The position numbers and the translations under genes are program-made. The notes under the pieces are model-generated. The model was not told where the DNA came from, did no database searches, and saw only the letters and a program-made list of their open reading frames with translations. This document shows, piece after piece, positions 40,366 through 50,189 of a stretch of 64,000 nt of DNA. The stretch comes from a virus (lineage: Duplodnaviria > Caudoviricetes): positions 1-64,000 of the IMG/VR virus record IMGVR_UViG_3300037418_001301. The stretch is one strand, 5' to 3'. The stretch's first letter is position 1; each line of letters opens with the position of its first letter.

Positions 40366-41676
40366 ATGGCCGGCGAAAATCAAAACATGGCGGCGGAAGA
40401 TGATGTCCGCGATCTCATCCCGACCGCCGATAATGTCGAAGTTGTCGAAACCCGGCAACGCGAGGCTGAACCAGCCCCGACCGCAGTTCAGGAAGAACCG
40501 AAGAAGCCCCGCGAGGGCGGCAAGTATGACGACAAGCGCGCATCGATTGTCGAAAAGCTGAAATCGCAGCGCAGTGGGCAGGATGTGCCGCTGAAGACCG
40601 TCGCTGAAGAGGCGCAGCAAAGCCGCCCCGCACCACAGCAGGCGGAAGTGCGCGAAGAGCGCACCCCGCAGCCAGTGGAACAGGCCGCTCCTGTAGTGGT
40701 CAAGACCGAAGACATTCCGGCGCCAGTGCGCCATAAGCTCAAAGTCAACGGCCGCGAGGTCGAAGTTGACGATGCACAGTTCACAGCGCTTGCCCAGAAG
40801 GCCCTTGCCTCCGAGAGCATTCTCGAAGATGCCAAGATTCTGAAGATACAGGCGCAACAGAGATTGACTGAACTTGATCGGTTAATGGCCAACCAAAGCC
40901 ACAATGATCAGCCTCAGTCGAAACCAGCGAATGCCCCGGCAGAGGATACCAAACCGGCCACGGATGCAGAGTTGGACGAGATCATCGATCGTATCCAGAC
41001 AGGTGATCTCAAAGAAGGCGTGGAAGCCCTCAAGAAGTTCGGAAAACAGGTTACGGACCAAGTGCTGGAAACAGTCAGGTCCAATCTCGGAGACGTCGAT
41101 GCGCGTATGGCTGCTACCATACAGCATGCGCAGGAAACCGCTCGTATCCAAGCCGAAACTCAGAAGGTGCTTGACGACTTCGTTTCCGAAAACCCTGATT
41201 TCTCTCAATCGCAGCGCCGGCTGGAAGTCTTGCTCGACTCCACCGTCGAAGTGATGCGAGACAACCTCTATGCGATCGGCGTCAGGCCGGAAGTTCTTCA
41301 GAATTTCGCGCAGACCCACGGCCTTGCCCCACAGGCGGCCATCGGTTTTGCCTATCGCAAACTGCGTACGGAAGGGCAGCCTCTGGCTGATCCATCCGCC
41401 GTCATGAAGACGGCAGTAAAGAACGTCAGGGAAGCTTTCGGAATGCCGGAACCGCAACGTGGAGAGGCAAAGCCCGATCCCGCTCCGGCTTCAGCAGACA
41501 ACTCAAACTTCGTGGCCGAGCGCATCGAAAGAAAGCAGGCCATGGCTCCCCAACCCAGACGGGCTAACATCTCCCCCGGAAATGACAGCGCACAGCCCGC
41601 CAATACCGAAGACGCTACCAATCAAAAGTATCGTCAGGTGGTGGCGCAAATGCGCGCATCGAGAAAGGGCAGGTAA
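40366..41676 (+). CDS. Capsid scaffolding protein
   Basis: Acidic, coiled; HKLKVNGREVEV; basic C-terminal helix; directly upstream of the capsid gene. Confidence 0.75.
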   Translation: MAGENQNMAAEDDVRDLIPTADNVEVVETRQREAEPAPTAVQEEPKKPREGGKYDDKRASIVEKLKSQRSGQDVPLKTVAEEAQQSRPAPQQAEVREERTPQPVEQAAPVVVKTEDIPAPVRHKLKVNGREVEVDDAQFTALAQKALASESILEDAKILKIQAQQRLTELDRLMANQSHNDQPQSKPANAPAEDTKPATDAELDEIIDRIQTGDLKEGVEALKKFGKQVTDQVLETVRSNLGDVDARMAATIQHAQETARIQAETQKVLDDFVSENPDFSQSQRRLEVLLDSTVEVMRDNLYAIGVRPEVLQNFAQTHGLAPQAAIGFAYRKLRTEGQPLADPSAVMKTAVKNVREAFGMPEPQRGEAKPDPAPASADNSNFVAERIERKQAMAPQPRRANISPGNDSAQPANTEDATNQKYRQVVAQMRASRKGR

Positions 41677-41703
41677 CCCGTCATCCTCTGAAAGGACGAT
41701 GAC

Positions 41704-41979
41704 ATGGCCGGACAACTTTGGTCAGTCAACACCCAGGGCGGTTATCTCTATTCCGATAACCTCTCTGACCACCTCCGCTTCGAACTGCAGCCGCGGACCA
41801 AGCTCCGCAATCTCGCCGACGCCTCCGACAAGGCAATCGGCCTGCACAAGGGCAACACCTTCCGCTGGGATCGGTTCTCCAAGCTCAACAAGCGCGGCGG
41901 CCCGATCGATGAGCAGCAGAGCATGCCGGAAACAAACTTCACCATCGGCCAGGCAAGCCTGACCATCGGTGAATTCGGT
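41704..41979 (+). CDS. Major capsid protein (N4-gp56-like), exon 1
   Basis: MAGQLWSVNTQGGYLYSDNLS...TIGEFG; joins in frame to NSVPYTG at 42959. Confidence 0.9.
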
Positions 41980-42958
41980 TATAGATTAGCCGCTTGATTT
42001 GGATTGGTAGTACCTTCGAAAGGTAACCGCCTTCGTGCCATATGTATCTGTGGCGCGATGGCACTTTATGCAAAGCGTTCTCAGATTGCTCGGATTCATC
42101 CCCAAAGATGGCTCCGAGGAAGTTGGGAGAATATGATCAACGTGCAGAATTATGCGAGACCCACGCCCTTCGTGGTTACGGTCCCCGCATAGTTGGCAGG
42201 TGTAGTTATCGCGTTTTAGAATTTCGAGGCGCAGCTGGCGATATTCGCTGGTGTCTCGGAACCCTCTGACGCCGCCACACCAATTGCCGTGATCCTTTCC
42301 AGTCGGGAAATCCCTAGAATACTCCTTCTTGGTTTTTCCTCTATTCCAAGCTACCTGACCTTTCTTTGACCGAAGCCATTTGGTTCGAAGAACTGGGTCA
42401 GAGGCAAGCCTCTCATTGACGTGTGACCAGTCGCAATAGGCTTCATGGCCTTTGCGAAATCCCATGCGTTCAAGCGATGGATGGTCTCCTTTCTTCATCC
42501 CTCTGTTCCAGCCCGCAACGGTTTGGGTCTTTCGGGTTTTGGGATGGTGACCAACCTTATATTCGCCAATGATCAGGCCGCCGCCTTCAGACCTTGGACG
42601 ATACACTGGGAATGGATAGAACGTTTCACCGCATCCGCATTTGCAGATAACAGCGGTTCGTTCTCTTTGCGCTTTGCTTACGCCCAAGTTAGTTCCTTTC
42701 GATGAGTAAATTCCGAATCTAGAAAACGGGGTGAATTGCTGGAAAGCCCAACCGCTGAGAGGCGAGGGTAATCAGCAGCCAAGCCGCATATGTAAGCCGA
42801 AAGGCCTAGGGATGCGGAAGGTTCAACGACTAGGCTTTGACGAAAGAATAAGAAGCCCACGAGCGCCCTGCGCCACACCATTGGCGATGATATAGTCTGA
42901 GCTACCGCGAAATCGGTAGAAGCGAGAGTTTAAACTACACTCGCGATAACACAAACTG
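41980..42958 (+). mobile_element. Group I intron 1 in the capsid gene, with HNH ORF
   Basis: Exon ends in U and intron ends in G. P1 CGGUUA/UAGCCG with a U-G pair. P AATTGCTGGAAA 42734, Q AATCAGCAGCC 42770, R GTTCAACGACTA 42821, S GATATAGTC 42889. Confidence 0.93.
41986..42687 (-). CDS. Intron-encoded HNH endonuclease, antisense to the intron
   Basis: RDNYTCQLCG...LHVDHI...NLRTLCIKCH; WNRG repeats; TTG start with AAAGGA SD. Confidence 0.9.
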   Translation of the reverse strand: MGVSKAQRERTAVICKCGCGETFYPFPVYRPRSEGGGLIIGEYKVGHHPKTRKTQTVAGWNRGMKKGDHPSLERMGFRKGHEAYCDWSHVNERLASDPVLRTKWLRSKKGQVAWNRGKTKKEYSRDFPTGKDHGNWCGGVRGFRDTSEYRQLRLEILKRDNYTCQLCGDRNHEGRGSRIILHVDHILPTSSEPSLGMNPSNLRTLCIKCHRATDTYGTKAVTFRRYYQSKSSG

Positions 42959-43616
42959 AATTCTGTACCGTACACCGGACTCCTCGAGAACCTCGGGGAA
43001 ATCGATGTCAAGGACATCATCGACCAGACCCTCCGCGACGACGCACGTCAAACGCTGGATCGTCTCGTCGGTTACCAGATGTTCCAGACGCCGCTTCGTG
43101 TGGCGCCGACATCCGGCACATCGACAACCGCTGTCACGTTGACCACCAACAGCGCGACCGCAACCACCAACAACGTCGAACTCGGCACTGGCCACATCAA
43201 GGCCATTTCCGATATCATGAAAGATCGTAACGTGCCCGCGTATGATGGGGACGACTACGTTGCGGTCACTCATGCCACGACGATGCGCACTTTCAAGAAC
43301 AGCCTGGAGACCATTCACCAGTACAGCGAGACTGGTATCCAGCTGATCTTCAAGGGCGAAGTAGGCCGCTACGAATCGATCCGCTGGATCGAGCAGAACG
43401 AAATCCCGAAGGGTCACGCCAATGACGCGGCGTTCAACCTGACCTCCGGTTCCGCCAACTACGTCTATGACGCCGTTGCCGACGACTGGAACAACGGGAA
43501 GTCCTCTTGGGCTCTGTTCATGGGCTCGGACACCGTTCTGGAAGCGCCGGCCATCCCTGAGGAAATCCGCGCAAAGTTGCCCGGCGACTACGGTCGCGAC
43601 AAGGGCATCGCTTGGT
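42959..43616 (+). CDS. Major capsid protein, exon 2
   Basis: NSVPYTGLLE...GEVGRYESIRWIEQ...DYGRDKGIAW; in frame with the listed 43079 ORF. Confidence 0.9.
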
Positions 43617-43935
43617 TGAACTGAAGAGGTATAGCCAAGCCTAAACTCCGTGAACTGACTGGAAACCCCTGAGAGCACAGAACGCCACAGCGTAGCTTGG
43701 AAAGGCAAGCGCGATGGCTTGAAAAGTTCTGTGATTGGGCAATCAGCAGCCAAGCCCCGAGAACCGGGGAAGGTTCAACGACTAACATGTAGGGCCAAGC
43801 GGCCCGAAGTGCGGAGCGCCCCTTACCCAAGGGGACGAAGATATAGTCTCGTCCCATAGGAAACTATGGGCAGCAATTGCCAGATGCGTTTGGCAAGAGC
43901 GGCACGGTTTTAGCGAAACCGTGTGAAGATTTCCG
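43617..43935 (+). ncRNA. Group I intron 2 in the capsid gene (ORF-less, 319 nt)
   Basis: P1 GCUUGGU/GCCAAGC; P10 GAGGUA (43626)/UACCUC (43938); Q 43741, R 43763, S AAGATATAGTC 43838; terminal G. Confidence 0.93.
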
Positions 43936-44012
43936 ATTACCTCGGCGGTGCCGGCCTGACCCACCAGGACGCCACCAACGCGCGTGTCATTTTGTGGGAC
44001 AGTGCTGCCTGA
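43936..44012 (+). CDS. Major capsid protein, exon 3
   Basis: T|AT restores W-Y-Y-L-G-G-A-G-L-T-H...WDSAA*; spliced CDS is 1011 nt (336 aa). Confidence 0.88.
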
Positions 44013-44019
44013 TCCGGCG

Positions 44020-44050
44020 GGGCGGGTTAGCGCCCGCCCTTTCCATTTCT
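44020..44050 (+). terminator. Weak intrinsic terminator after the capsid gene
   Basis: GGGCGGG-ttagcg-CCCGCCC followed by TTTCCATTTCT. Confidence 0.5.
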
Positions 44051-44072
44051 TCAAATCGAAAGGACATTGGAA

Positions 44073-44462
44073 ATGTCTTATTCCAATCCGAACCGCCGGA
44101 CCTACAGCTTTTCGGCCATTGACTTCGGGACATCTGGCTCCCGTTTCATCATTGGCCCGAAGGGCAAGACTGGCCATCTCGTGGAAATCCACGCATCGGT
44201 TACCACGACCTTCACCGCCACGACAACGGCAGGCCGCATCGATGTCGGCAATTCCACATCCGCAACAGCTTATCAGCAGTTGTCGATGGGAACGACAGCG
44301 GCCGGCGTGGCAATCTCGACCAACGATGGTGTGTCCACTGTGACCACGACGCTGCTCGATATTCCGGCCGATACTCAGGTCAAGATCTCCTCGACTGCGC
44401 CCACTGGCGGCACTCCCGCTGGCGTTGCGACGTTCCAGGTGACCATCGACTGGGCCGACTAA
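44073..44462 (+). CDS. Putative capsid decoration/cement protein
   Basis: Thr/Gly-rich beta protein immediately after the capsid gene. Confidence 0.6.
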   Translation: MSYSNPNRRTYSFSAIDFGTSGSRFIIGPKGKTGHLVEIHASVTTTFTATTTAGRIDVGNSTSATAYQQLSMGTTAAGVAISTNDGVSTVTTTLLDIPADTQVKISSTAPTGGTPAGVATFQVTIDWAD

Positions 44463-44512
44463 GCCCCTGCCGTTCGCTCACGGGCGGGCGGCCATCATCA
44501 AAGGAGAATGCG

Positions 44513-45307
44513 ATGTCAGAAGACAAACGCAGATATGTCTCCCGTCATCCCCGCAACACGGAAAAGCCGATTGCGCCGACCGGCGGGAAGAATGCAGCCG
44601 CAGACGGATACACCATCCGTCATCGTGAAACCTTCGATCGTAAGTGTGACGGTGAACTCTGGAACAAGAGCACGGACGTGTCTCCGGGACTCAAGGACGA
44701 CACCGACATTCTCTACGATTCTTACTTGATGGATTGAACATCATGGACAACACCACTGTGAAAATGCCCGCAGCCAACGGCAAGATGATCTACAAGTCCA
44801 CCGCCGTTGACACTTCCGACTACCAGGTCAAGGGCACCGACGCCGGCACGCAGCTCAAGAACCAGGGCTTCGGCGGCGGCCGTGACAACCTCAGCCATTC
44901 CATCACTTCCGGCACCGTGCCGGGCGGCAAGTGAGGGTCTGACCATGGCTGATCCGCGACTGGACATGAGCCGGCCTTACGGCACGATCTATCCGCCGCT
45001 TGAAGACGGTTCCCGTTTCGAACAGGACGGGTGCGTATTCGGGCATGACGGCAGGTTCATCAAAGGTCCGGCGCGGGCATCAGGGGCGGCGAAATCCGCC
45101 CCCAAGCCCCCCGTCGAACAAATCGAACCGCAACCCGACGAAGCTGTTGACCTCGTTGCCTGGGCGAAGGGCAGGAACTACCCGTTCTTCAAGGTCAAAG
45201 AGGCGATGAAGCAGGCAATGCCGAACGCTGACGTCTCCAACGCCAAGACCATTCTTGCTGCGCTGATCGATGGCGCAATCGTCGGCGCCGATGAGGTCGG
45301 CCGCTGA
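44513..45307 (+). other. Three small virion-module ORFs (44513-44737, 44743-44934, 44945-45307)
   Basis: Consecutive ORFs after the capsid module; the first has SD AAAGGAG. Confidence 0.6.
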
Positions 45308-45942
45308 TGGATTACGATACGCTTGTCGGGGAAAAGACCGTCGTAGGATCCATTAAGTACCAAATAAACTACGACCGTATCGACTCCGCCGGCGTCCTGA
45401 CAGAAGCGCAGGCGTGGATTTATTCCAAGCTTCGCGTCAGGCAAATGCAGACCTCGGCAAGCGTGACGATCGCGCAAGGGGCGTCAACCGCCTCTTTCCC
45501 GACAGGCTATCTCGATCCGCTCCATTTTGGCATCCCCGGCTTCATCTCAAGGATCAGGCGCAAGGATGTCGAGTGGTTCAGGACCAATCTTGGCTTCGAT
45601 GAAACGGCAACTCTTCCCGAAGGGCTGCCCACCTATTGGACGGACTATAACGATCTGATCCAACTGAACACCGTGGCGGACCAAGCCTATACGGCTTCAA
45701 TGGTGTTCTTCAAAACCCCAGATGCGTTGAGTTCGTCCAACCCCACCAATTGGCTAACGACCAAATACCCGACATTGGTCAGGCGCGTCTGCACCATGAT
45801 CGCCGCGGAGGCACGGAAAGAGTTCGACACCTTCGATCGTGACGAAGCCAGAGCGCTTCAGATGATCGAGGAAATCAAGATTGAATCCGACAATTCGTTG
45901 CGCGGCATCGAGTTAGACTTCGAATGGAATGAGAGCTACTGA
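45307..45942 (+). CDS. Head-tail adaptor protein
   Basis: I..AEA-like (LTEAQAWIYSKLR), P..YL, NWL...YP motifs; position in the module. Confidence 0.65.
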   Translation: MDYDTLVGEKTVVGSIKYQINYDRIDSAGVLTEAQAWIYSKLRVRQMQTSASVTIAQGASTASFPTGYLDPLHFGIPGFISRIRRKDVEWFRTNLGFDETATLPEGLPTYWTDYNDLIQLNTVADQAYTASMVFFKTPDALSSSNPTNWLTTKYPTLVRRVCTMIAAEARKEFDTFDRDEARALQMIEEIKIESDNSLRGIELDFEWNESY

Positions 45943-46481
45943 TGGGCAGTTTCACCAACGATCTCCAGCTTATCGATCTCCTGCTGGGCGAAAGCGCAGG
46001 CTCGGGCTACGCCAACTGGGGCGATGCTGCGGATGACAATTTCAGCAAGATTGAAAAAGCTCTCACCGCCACCACGGATATCACCGTCACCACAGCGAAT
46101 GTGACGCTGACGGACACGGACATCAAATGCCTAAGGTTGGCCTTTTCCGGGACCAAGACGGCCAATCGCAGCGTCATCTTCCCAACCAGGAAACGGTTCT
46201 ATTTTGCCAGCAACCAGACTGGAGGTAGCTTCACTCTAACAGGAAAATGCTCCGGCCAACCCGGCATCGAGATCAGGTCTGGCGTCGACATCCTTTATTG
46301 TGATGGTACGGATATTTCGTCTTTGATGACCGGGCCGCACAACAGGTTTCTGAACAGCATTGACATGGAGCCCCCGCCGGCCGGACGCATAACGATCTTC
46401 GCCAGGAACGATGATGGTAAGTTCGGGACGGCCGAACTCGACAAGACGACAGGCCAACTTCTCGGCTTCACTGAGCTTTGA
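45942..46481 (+). CDS. Virion structural protein (hypothetical)
   Basis: WG...N...IE pattern typical of tail-proximal proteins. Confidence 0.55.
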   Translation: MGSFTNDLQLIDLLLGESAGSGYANWGDAADDNFSKIEKALTATTDITVTTANVTLTDTDIKCLRLAFSGTKTANRSVIFPTRKRFYFASNQTGGSFTLTGKCSGQPGIEIRSGVDILYCDGTDISSLMTGPHNRFLNSIDMEPPPAGRITIFARNDDGKFGTAELDKTTGQLLGFTEL

Positions 46482-46487
46482 CGGCAT

Positions 46488-48281
46488 ATGCCATTCATTC
46501 CGATCACTATTCCGCCTGGCGTCGTCAAGACGAACAGCGATTTTGCCGCGACTGGCAGGTGGGTCGACATGGACAAGGTGCGGTTTACTAGCGGCTTTCC
46601 AGAGAAGATTGGCGGCATCCGCAAGTTCTTCGCCGGACAGTTCACAGGGAAGGCTCGAGGTGCCCGCGCATGGTCAGCGTCCGATGGTGTCCAGCATTTG
46701 ATGTGGGGGACACAGAACGATCTCTATGTGCTCCGCCAAGGCACGAAGACGCGGATCACGCCATATCGAAAGAATGCCACCAACATAGCCCTGACAGACC
46801 CGTTCTCGACCACCAATGGCTCACCCATAGTGACAGTCACCGATACGCTCCATGGGATCAGCAATGTCGGCGTGACGGTCACATTCTCTGGAGCGTCAGC
46901 AGTTGGCGGGATTACGATCAATGGCGATTATCTCGTCACCGAGATCGTTGACCCAGACAACTTCAAGATCACCCACACCTCAAACGCTACATCGACGGCA
47001 ACGGGTGGCGGCTCAGTGACGGCGTCCTATGAAATCAACTTCGGCCTGGAAAGCCCTTCCTATGCCCTTGGCTGGGGCGTAGGCGGCTGGGGCGAGGGTT
47101 ATTGGGGTATGGAGGCATCGATTGCCGAATCCACGCTCAGTGACATGCGCTGGTGGTCTATCGACGGCTATGGCGAAGATGTCATGGTCTGCCCGCTGAT
47201 GGAGACGGTCTATCACTACGACACCAGCGCCGGTCCTGCGCGCCCCGCGAAACTCACCAATGCGCCGGCGCAGATTCGCTATGTATTCGTTACCCCGGAG
47301 CGCTACATCTTTGCGCTCGGCTGTACAAATCTTGCCGGTGATTTTGATGCGATGACGGTGCGCTGGCCAGATGTCGATGATTTCACGGTCTGGACGCCGA
47401 CAAGCACCAACACGGCTAACGAGAGAAAGCTCCAGCTCGGATCGCGGCTTATGGCCGGTGTAGGGCTAACCTCTGGCGTATCGCTGGTCTGGTCGGATTA
47501 TGCAGTCTTCGCCTTCCAGTTTACCGGCTCGCGCTTCATCTATGACGATCATCCAGTCGGGACGGAATGCGGGCTGATCGGGCCTCACGCATTCTGTAAA
47601 ACCGATCAGATGGCGTTCTGGATGTCGGCTTACGGCTTCCACGTCTATTCGTCCTATGTGCAGGCCATTCCGAACCAGGATGATATCCGCGACTGGGTTG
47701 CTGCGATGATCAATATCCAGCATCTCCAGAAGACATTCGCGTTCTACAACAAGAACTTCAACGAAGTGTGGTTTGTTTTCCCGACAACGACATCGGAACC
47801 AGACACCTATGTCGCGGTCAATCTCGACGCCTATTACTGGATGAACGGAACCTACGACCGGACCTGTCACGCCAAGTACACGTCTGGCGAAATCCGCCCG
47901 ATCCTGTTTGGGACAAACGGTTACATCTATCTGCACGAGACAACCGACAATCACGATAATGACGGCGCCGCGATGCGCGCGTTTCTGGACATGGGGCTAT
48001 TCGCCCTCAACGACGGCAATGACAGCGTCGATATCTTTGGCTTTGCCCCAGATACCCAACGGCAATCCGGCGATCTGCAAGTGACGATGTACGGCAAGGA
48101 TTGGCCGAAAGACGAGGTCATGGACACCGACGCCATTACCGTAGGCGAGACGGATCGGCTGGTGGATTGCCGGGTTTCCGGCCGGCACGTTGGCCTGACC
48201 ATCGTATCAGACACCATTGCGGGGGACTTCCGGCTTGGAAAGTTCGGGGTCGAAATAACCGGGGCGGGCAAGAAACGATGA
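46488..48281 (+). CDS. Tail tube/stabilisation protein (P22 gp10-like)
   Basis: PPGVVK....A.GRWVDMDKVRF..G.PEKIGG; beta-propeller-like length; position. Confidence 0.7.
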   Translation: MPFIPITIPPGVVKTNSDFAATGRWVDMDKVRFTSGFPEKIGGIRKFFAGQFTGKARGARAWSASDGVQHLMWGTQNDLYVLRQGTKTRITPYRKNATNIALTDPFSTTNGSPIVTVTDTLHGISNVGVTVTFSGASAVGGITINGDYLVTEIVDPDNFKITHTSNATSTATGGGSVTASYEINFGLESPSYALGWGVGGWGEGYWGMEASIAESTLSDMRWWSIDGYGEDVMVCPLMETVYHYDTSAGPARPAKLTNAPAQIRYVFVTPERYIFALGCTNLAGDFDAMTVRWPDVDDFTVWTPTSTNTANERKLQLGSRLMAGVGLTSGVSLVWSDYAVFAFQFTGSRFIYDDHPVGTECGLIGPHAFCKTDQMAFWMSAYGFHVYSSYVQAIPNQDDIRDWVAAMINIQHLQKTFAFYNKNFNEVWFVFPTTTSEPDTYVAVNLDAYYWMNGTYDRTCHAKYTSGEIRPILFGTNGYIYLHETTDNHDNDGAAMRAFLDMGLFALNDGNDSVDIFGFAPDTQRQSGDLQVTMYGKDWPKDEVMDTDAITVGETDRLVDCRVSGRHVGLTIVSDTIAGDFRLGKFGVEITGAGKKR

Positions 48282-48541
48282 GGCGCGTTTCATTCGGCAA
48301 CCCGCCAGGCAATATCCTCCAGGCAACACCGGACATGCGATTTGTCCTGGAGGCACTTCGGGAGATCGAGAAGGCGAGCGCAGAGGCGGATGCGGGGCAA
48401 GTCGCCGACGCATTTACGCTGAGCAATTACACGGAAACGCGAACGCTTGATGCTGGGGCCGCCACGCTTGGCGACGTTGCGAACGTCTTGGCCACCTTCA
48501 TTTCCGATCTCCAAAAGCGCGGCACAAAGAGGACTGCCTGA
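48278..48541 (+). CDS. Small tail-associated protein
   Basis: Coupled ORF. Confidence 0.55.
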   Translation: MRRVSFGNPPGNILQATPDMRFVLEALREIEKASAEADAGQVADAFTLSNYTETRTLDAGAATLGDVANVLATFISDLQKRGTKRTA

Positions 48542-49371
48542 TGTCGACAGAAACCCAAACCTCGCTACCAGACTGGTTGACGGAGCCAACCAAGGATGCC
48601 CTGTCGAAACTGCAGGGTTATCTCGGCTCCGACGACAACTATACCTATGGTATGAAGAAGGGCGAGAACCTCTTTACCGGGTTCAACCCATACCAGAACA
48701 AGGCGCTCGGAAACGTCGGCTGGCTCGCCAATCAGAACCTTGGGAAGATGTTTGGGCTGGATGCCGCAAAGAGCGGCTTCAACCGCTATATGGGGACCGG
48801 GCTTGTCAACGGGCAGGTCGGCTCCGTCAAAGACTATATGAGCCCGTATATCAAGGGCGTCCTCCATCCGCAAATCAGGGAAATCACGCAGGAAAGCCAA
48901 CGGCAGGCGAATGATATCGGCAATCAAGCCGCCGCCGCAGGAGCTTTCGGAGACGCTCGCCACGGGATCGAAGAAGGCGAGAACATGGAGAAAACCAATC
49001 AGGCGATCTCCGACGCCACGGGGCAGGCCTACCAGAACGCTTTCGACCGCGGCCAAAACCAGCAGAACGTCATAGCGGAGCGGCAGGCTACAGGCGCCCA
49101 AGGGCTGATGGGCGTCGGCGATAACCTTTTCCAGAAGTTCAACGATGTCAACGACAGTCTCTATAACGCCGGCAACATCGCCTACAACATGGACGAAAAG
49201 CGCCGGCAGACCATGCAGTCTTTCCAAGAGGCGCTGAAGGACAAGAACTACAACGACGCAATCAAGCTTCTGGCGGCGCTCAATGGCTCGCCGAAAGAGT
49301 CGACCACGACCACGTCATCCAATGATGGCCTCTTTGGCATTCTTGGTTCCGTGCTCGGCGGCCTGTTTTAA
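48541..49371 (+). CDS. DNA ejection / internal virion protein
   Basis: T.TS.P.W, YMSPY...V, AGAFGDAR.GI motifs; G/Q/N-rich. Confidence 0.7.
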   Translation: MSTETQTSLPDWLTEPTKDALSKLQGYLGSDDNYTYGMKKGENLFTGFNPYQNKALGNVGWLANQNLGKMFGLDAAKSGFNRYMGTGLVNGQVGSVKDYMSPYIKGVLHPQIREITQESQRQANDIGNQAAAAGAFGDARHGIEEGENMEKTNQAISDATGQAYQNAFDRGQNQQNVIAERQATGAQGLMGVGDNLFQKFNDVNDSLYNAGNIAYNMDEKRRQTMQSFQEALKDKNYNDAIKLLAALNGSPKESTTTTSSNDGLFGILGSVLGGLF

Positions 49372-49382
49372 CGGAGACGCAC

Positions 49383-50189
49383 ATGACCCCCTATCAACAG
49401 CTTCTCATGCTGCTCTCCGGCTCTACCGGCCTTTCCGGGCAGCCCAACGCGGGCGGCATGATGGCCAGTCCAATGGCCAGTCCGATGGCAGCACCGCAGG
49501 CGTCCAATCAGATGCGGCTCACGGGCGGATTGAATGCCGACCAGAAAATGGCGCCAAGTCCTCAGATGCAGAGTCAATCTGTGGTTGGCGACGATTGGGA
49601 TCACGGCGGAAAACCTGGATTTTACACCGGGGACCCTGGTGATAACGGCGATAACGGCCACAACGGCGATACTGGCGGAGATGGCCACGGCAAGGGTGAC
49701 GACGTGCCGGACTTGACCGCTCTTATGCAGCAATGGCGAAACGCCGTCGATCAGGGTCCATCTGGCTACACCAACGCGATGCGCCAGAACCTTGGCATGG
49801 GTGGTTCGCCCTATTCACTTGGCAATCAATCCGGCATGGCATCGTTCATGGATCTGTTCATGGGCAAGAATGCCAATCGCGGCAATAACAACGGCGGTCC
49901 CGGCCGCGATATCGGTGGTCCCGGTTCGGAGGGGCCAGGATTCCGCTGGCTCGGTGACCACAACAACCGCGGCGGGCCAGGTTCAGAAGGTCCGGGATTT
50001 CGCTGGCTAGGCGGTCATAATGGCGGCAACGGTGATAACAACGGCGGCGGCATGCATCCGCTGCAACCGATCAGCCCTCTTGGCCCGAACATCGGGCGCG
50101 TTCCAACCCCTCGCGATATCGGCGGCCCAGGCTTGGAAGGCCCCGGCTTTCGCTGGCTCGGGGGTAGCAATAACGGGAGGCAAGCATGA
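49383..50189 (+). CDS. Gly-rich low-complexity protein with three GGPGxEGPGFRWLG repeats
   Basis: Direct translation; lies in the ejection gene block. Confidence 0.65.
   Translation: MTPYQQLLMLLSGSTGLSGQPNAGGMMASPMASPMAAPQASNQMRLTGGLNADQKMAPSPQMQSQSVVGDDWDHGGKPGFYTGDPGDNGDNGHNGDTGGDGHGKGDDVPDLTALMQQWRNAVDQGPSGYTNAMRQNLGMGGSPYSLGNQSGMASFMDLFMGKNANRGNNNGGPGRDIGGPGSEGPGFRWLGDHNNRGGPGSEGPGFRWLGGHNGGNGDNNGGGMHPLQPISPLGPNIGRVPTPRDIGGPGLEGPGFRWLGGSNNGRQA

Noticed and set aside
41704-43624. Capsid fragments as a pseudogene, or as separate 97-aa and 181-aa genes
   Set aside because: Intact group I cores and exact in-frame rejoining explain the breaks.
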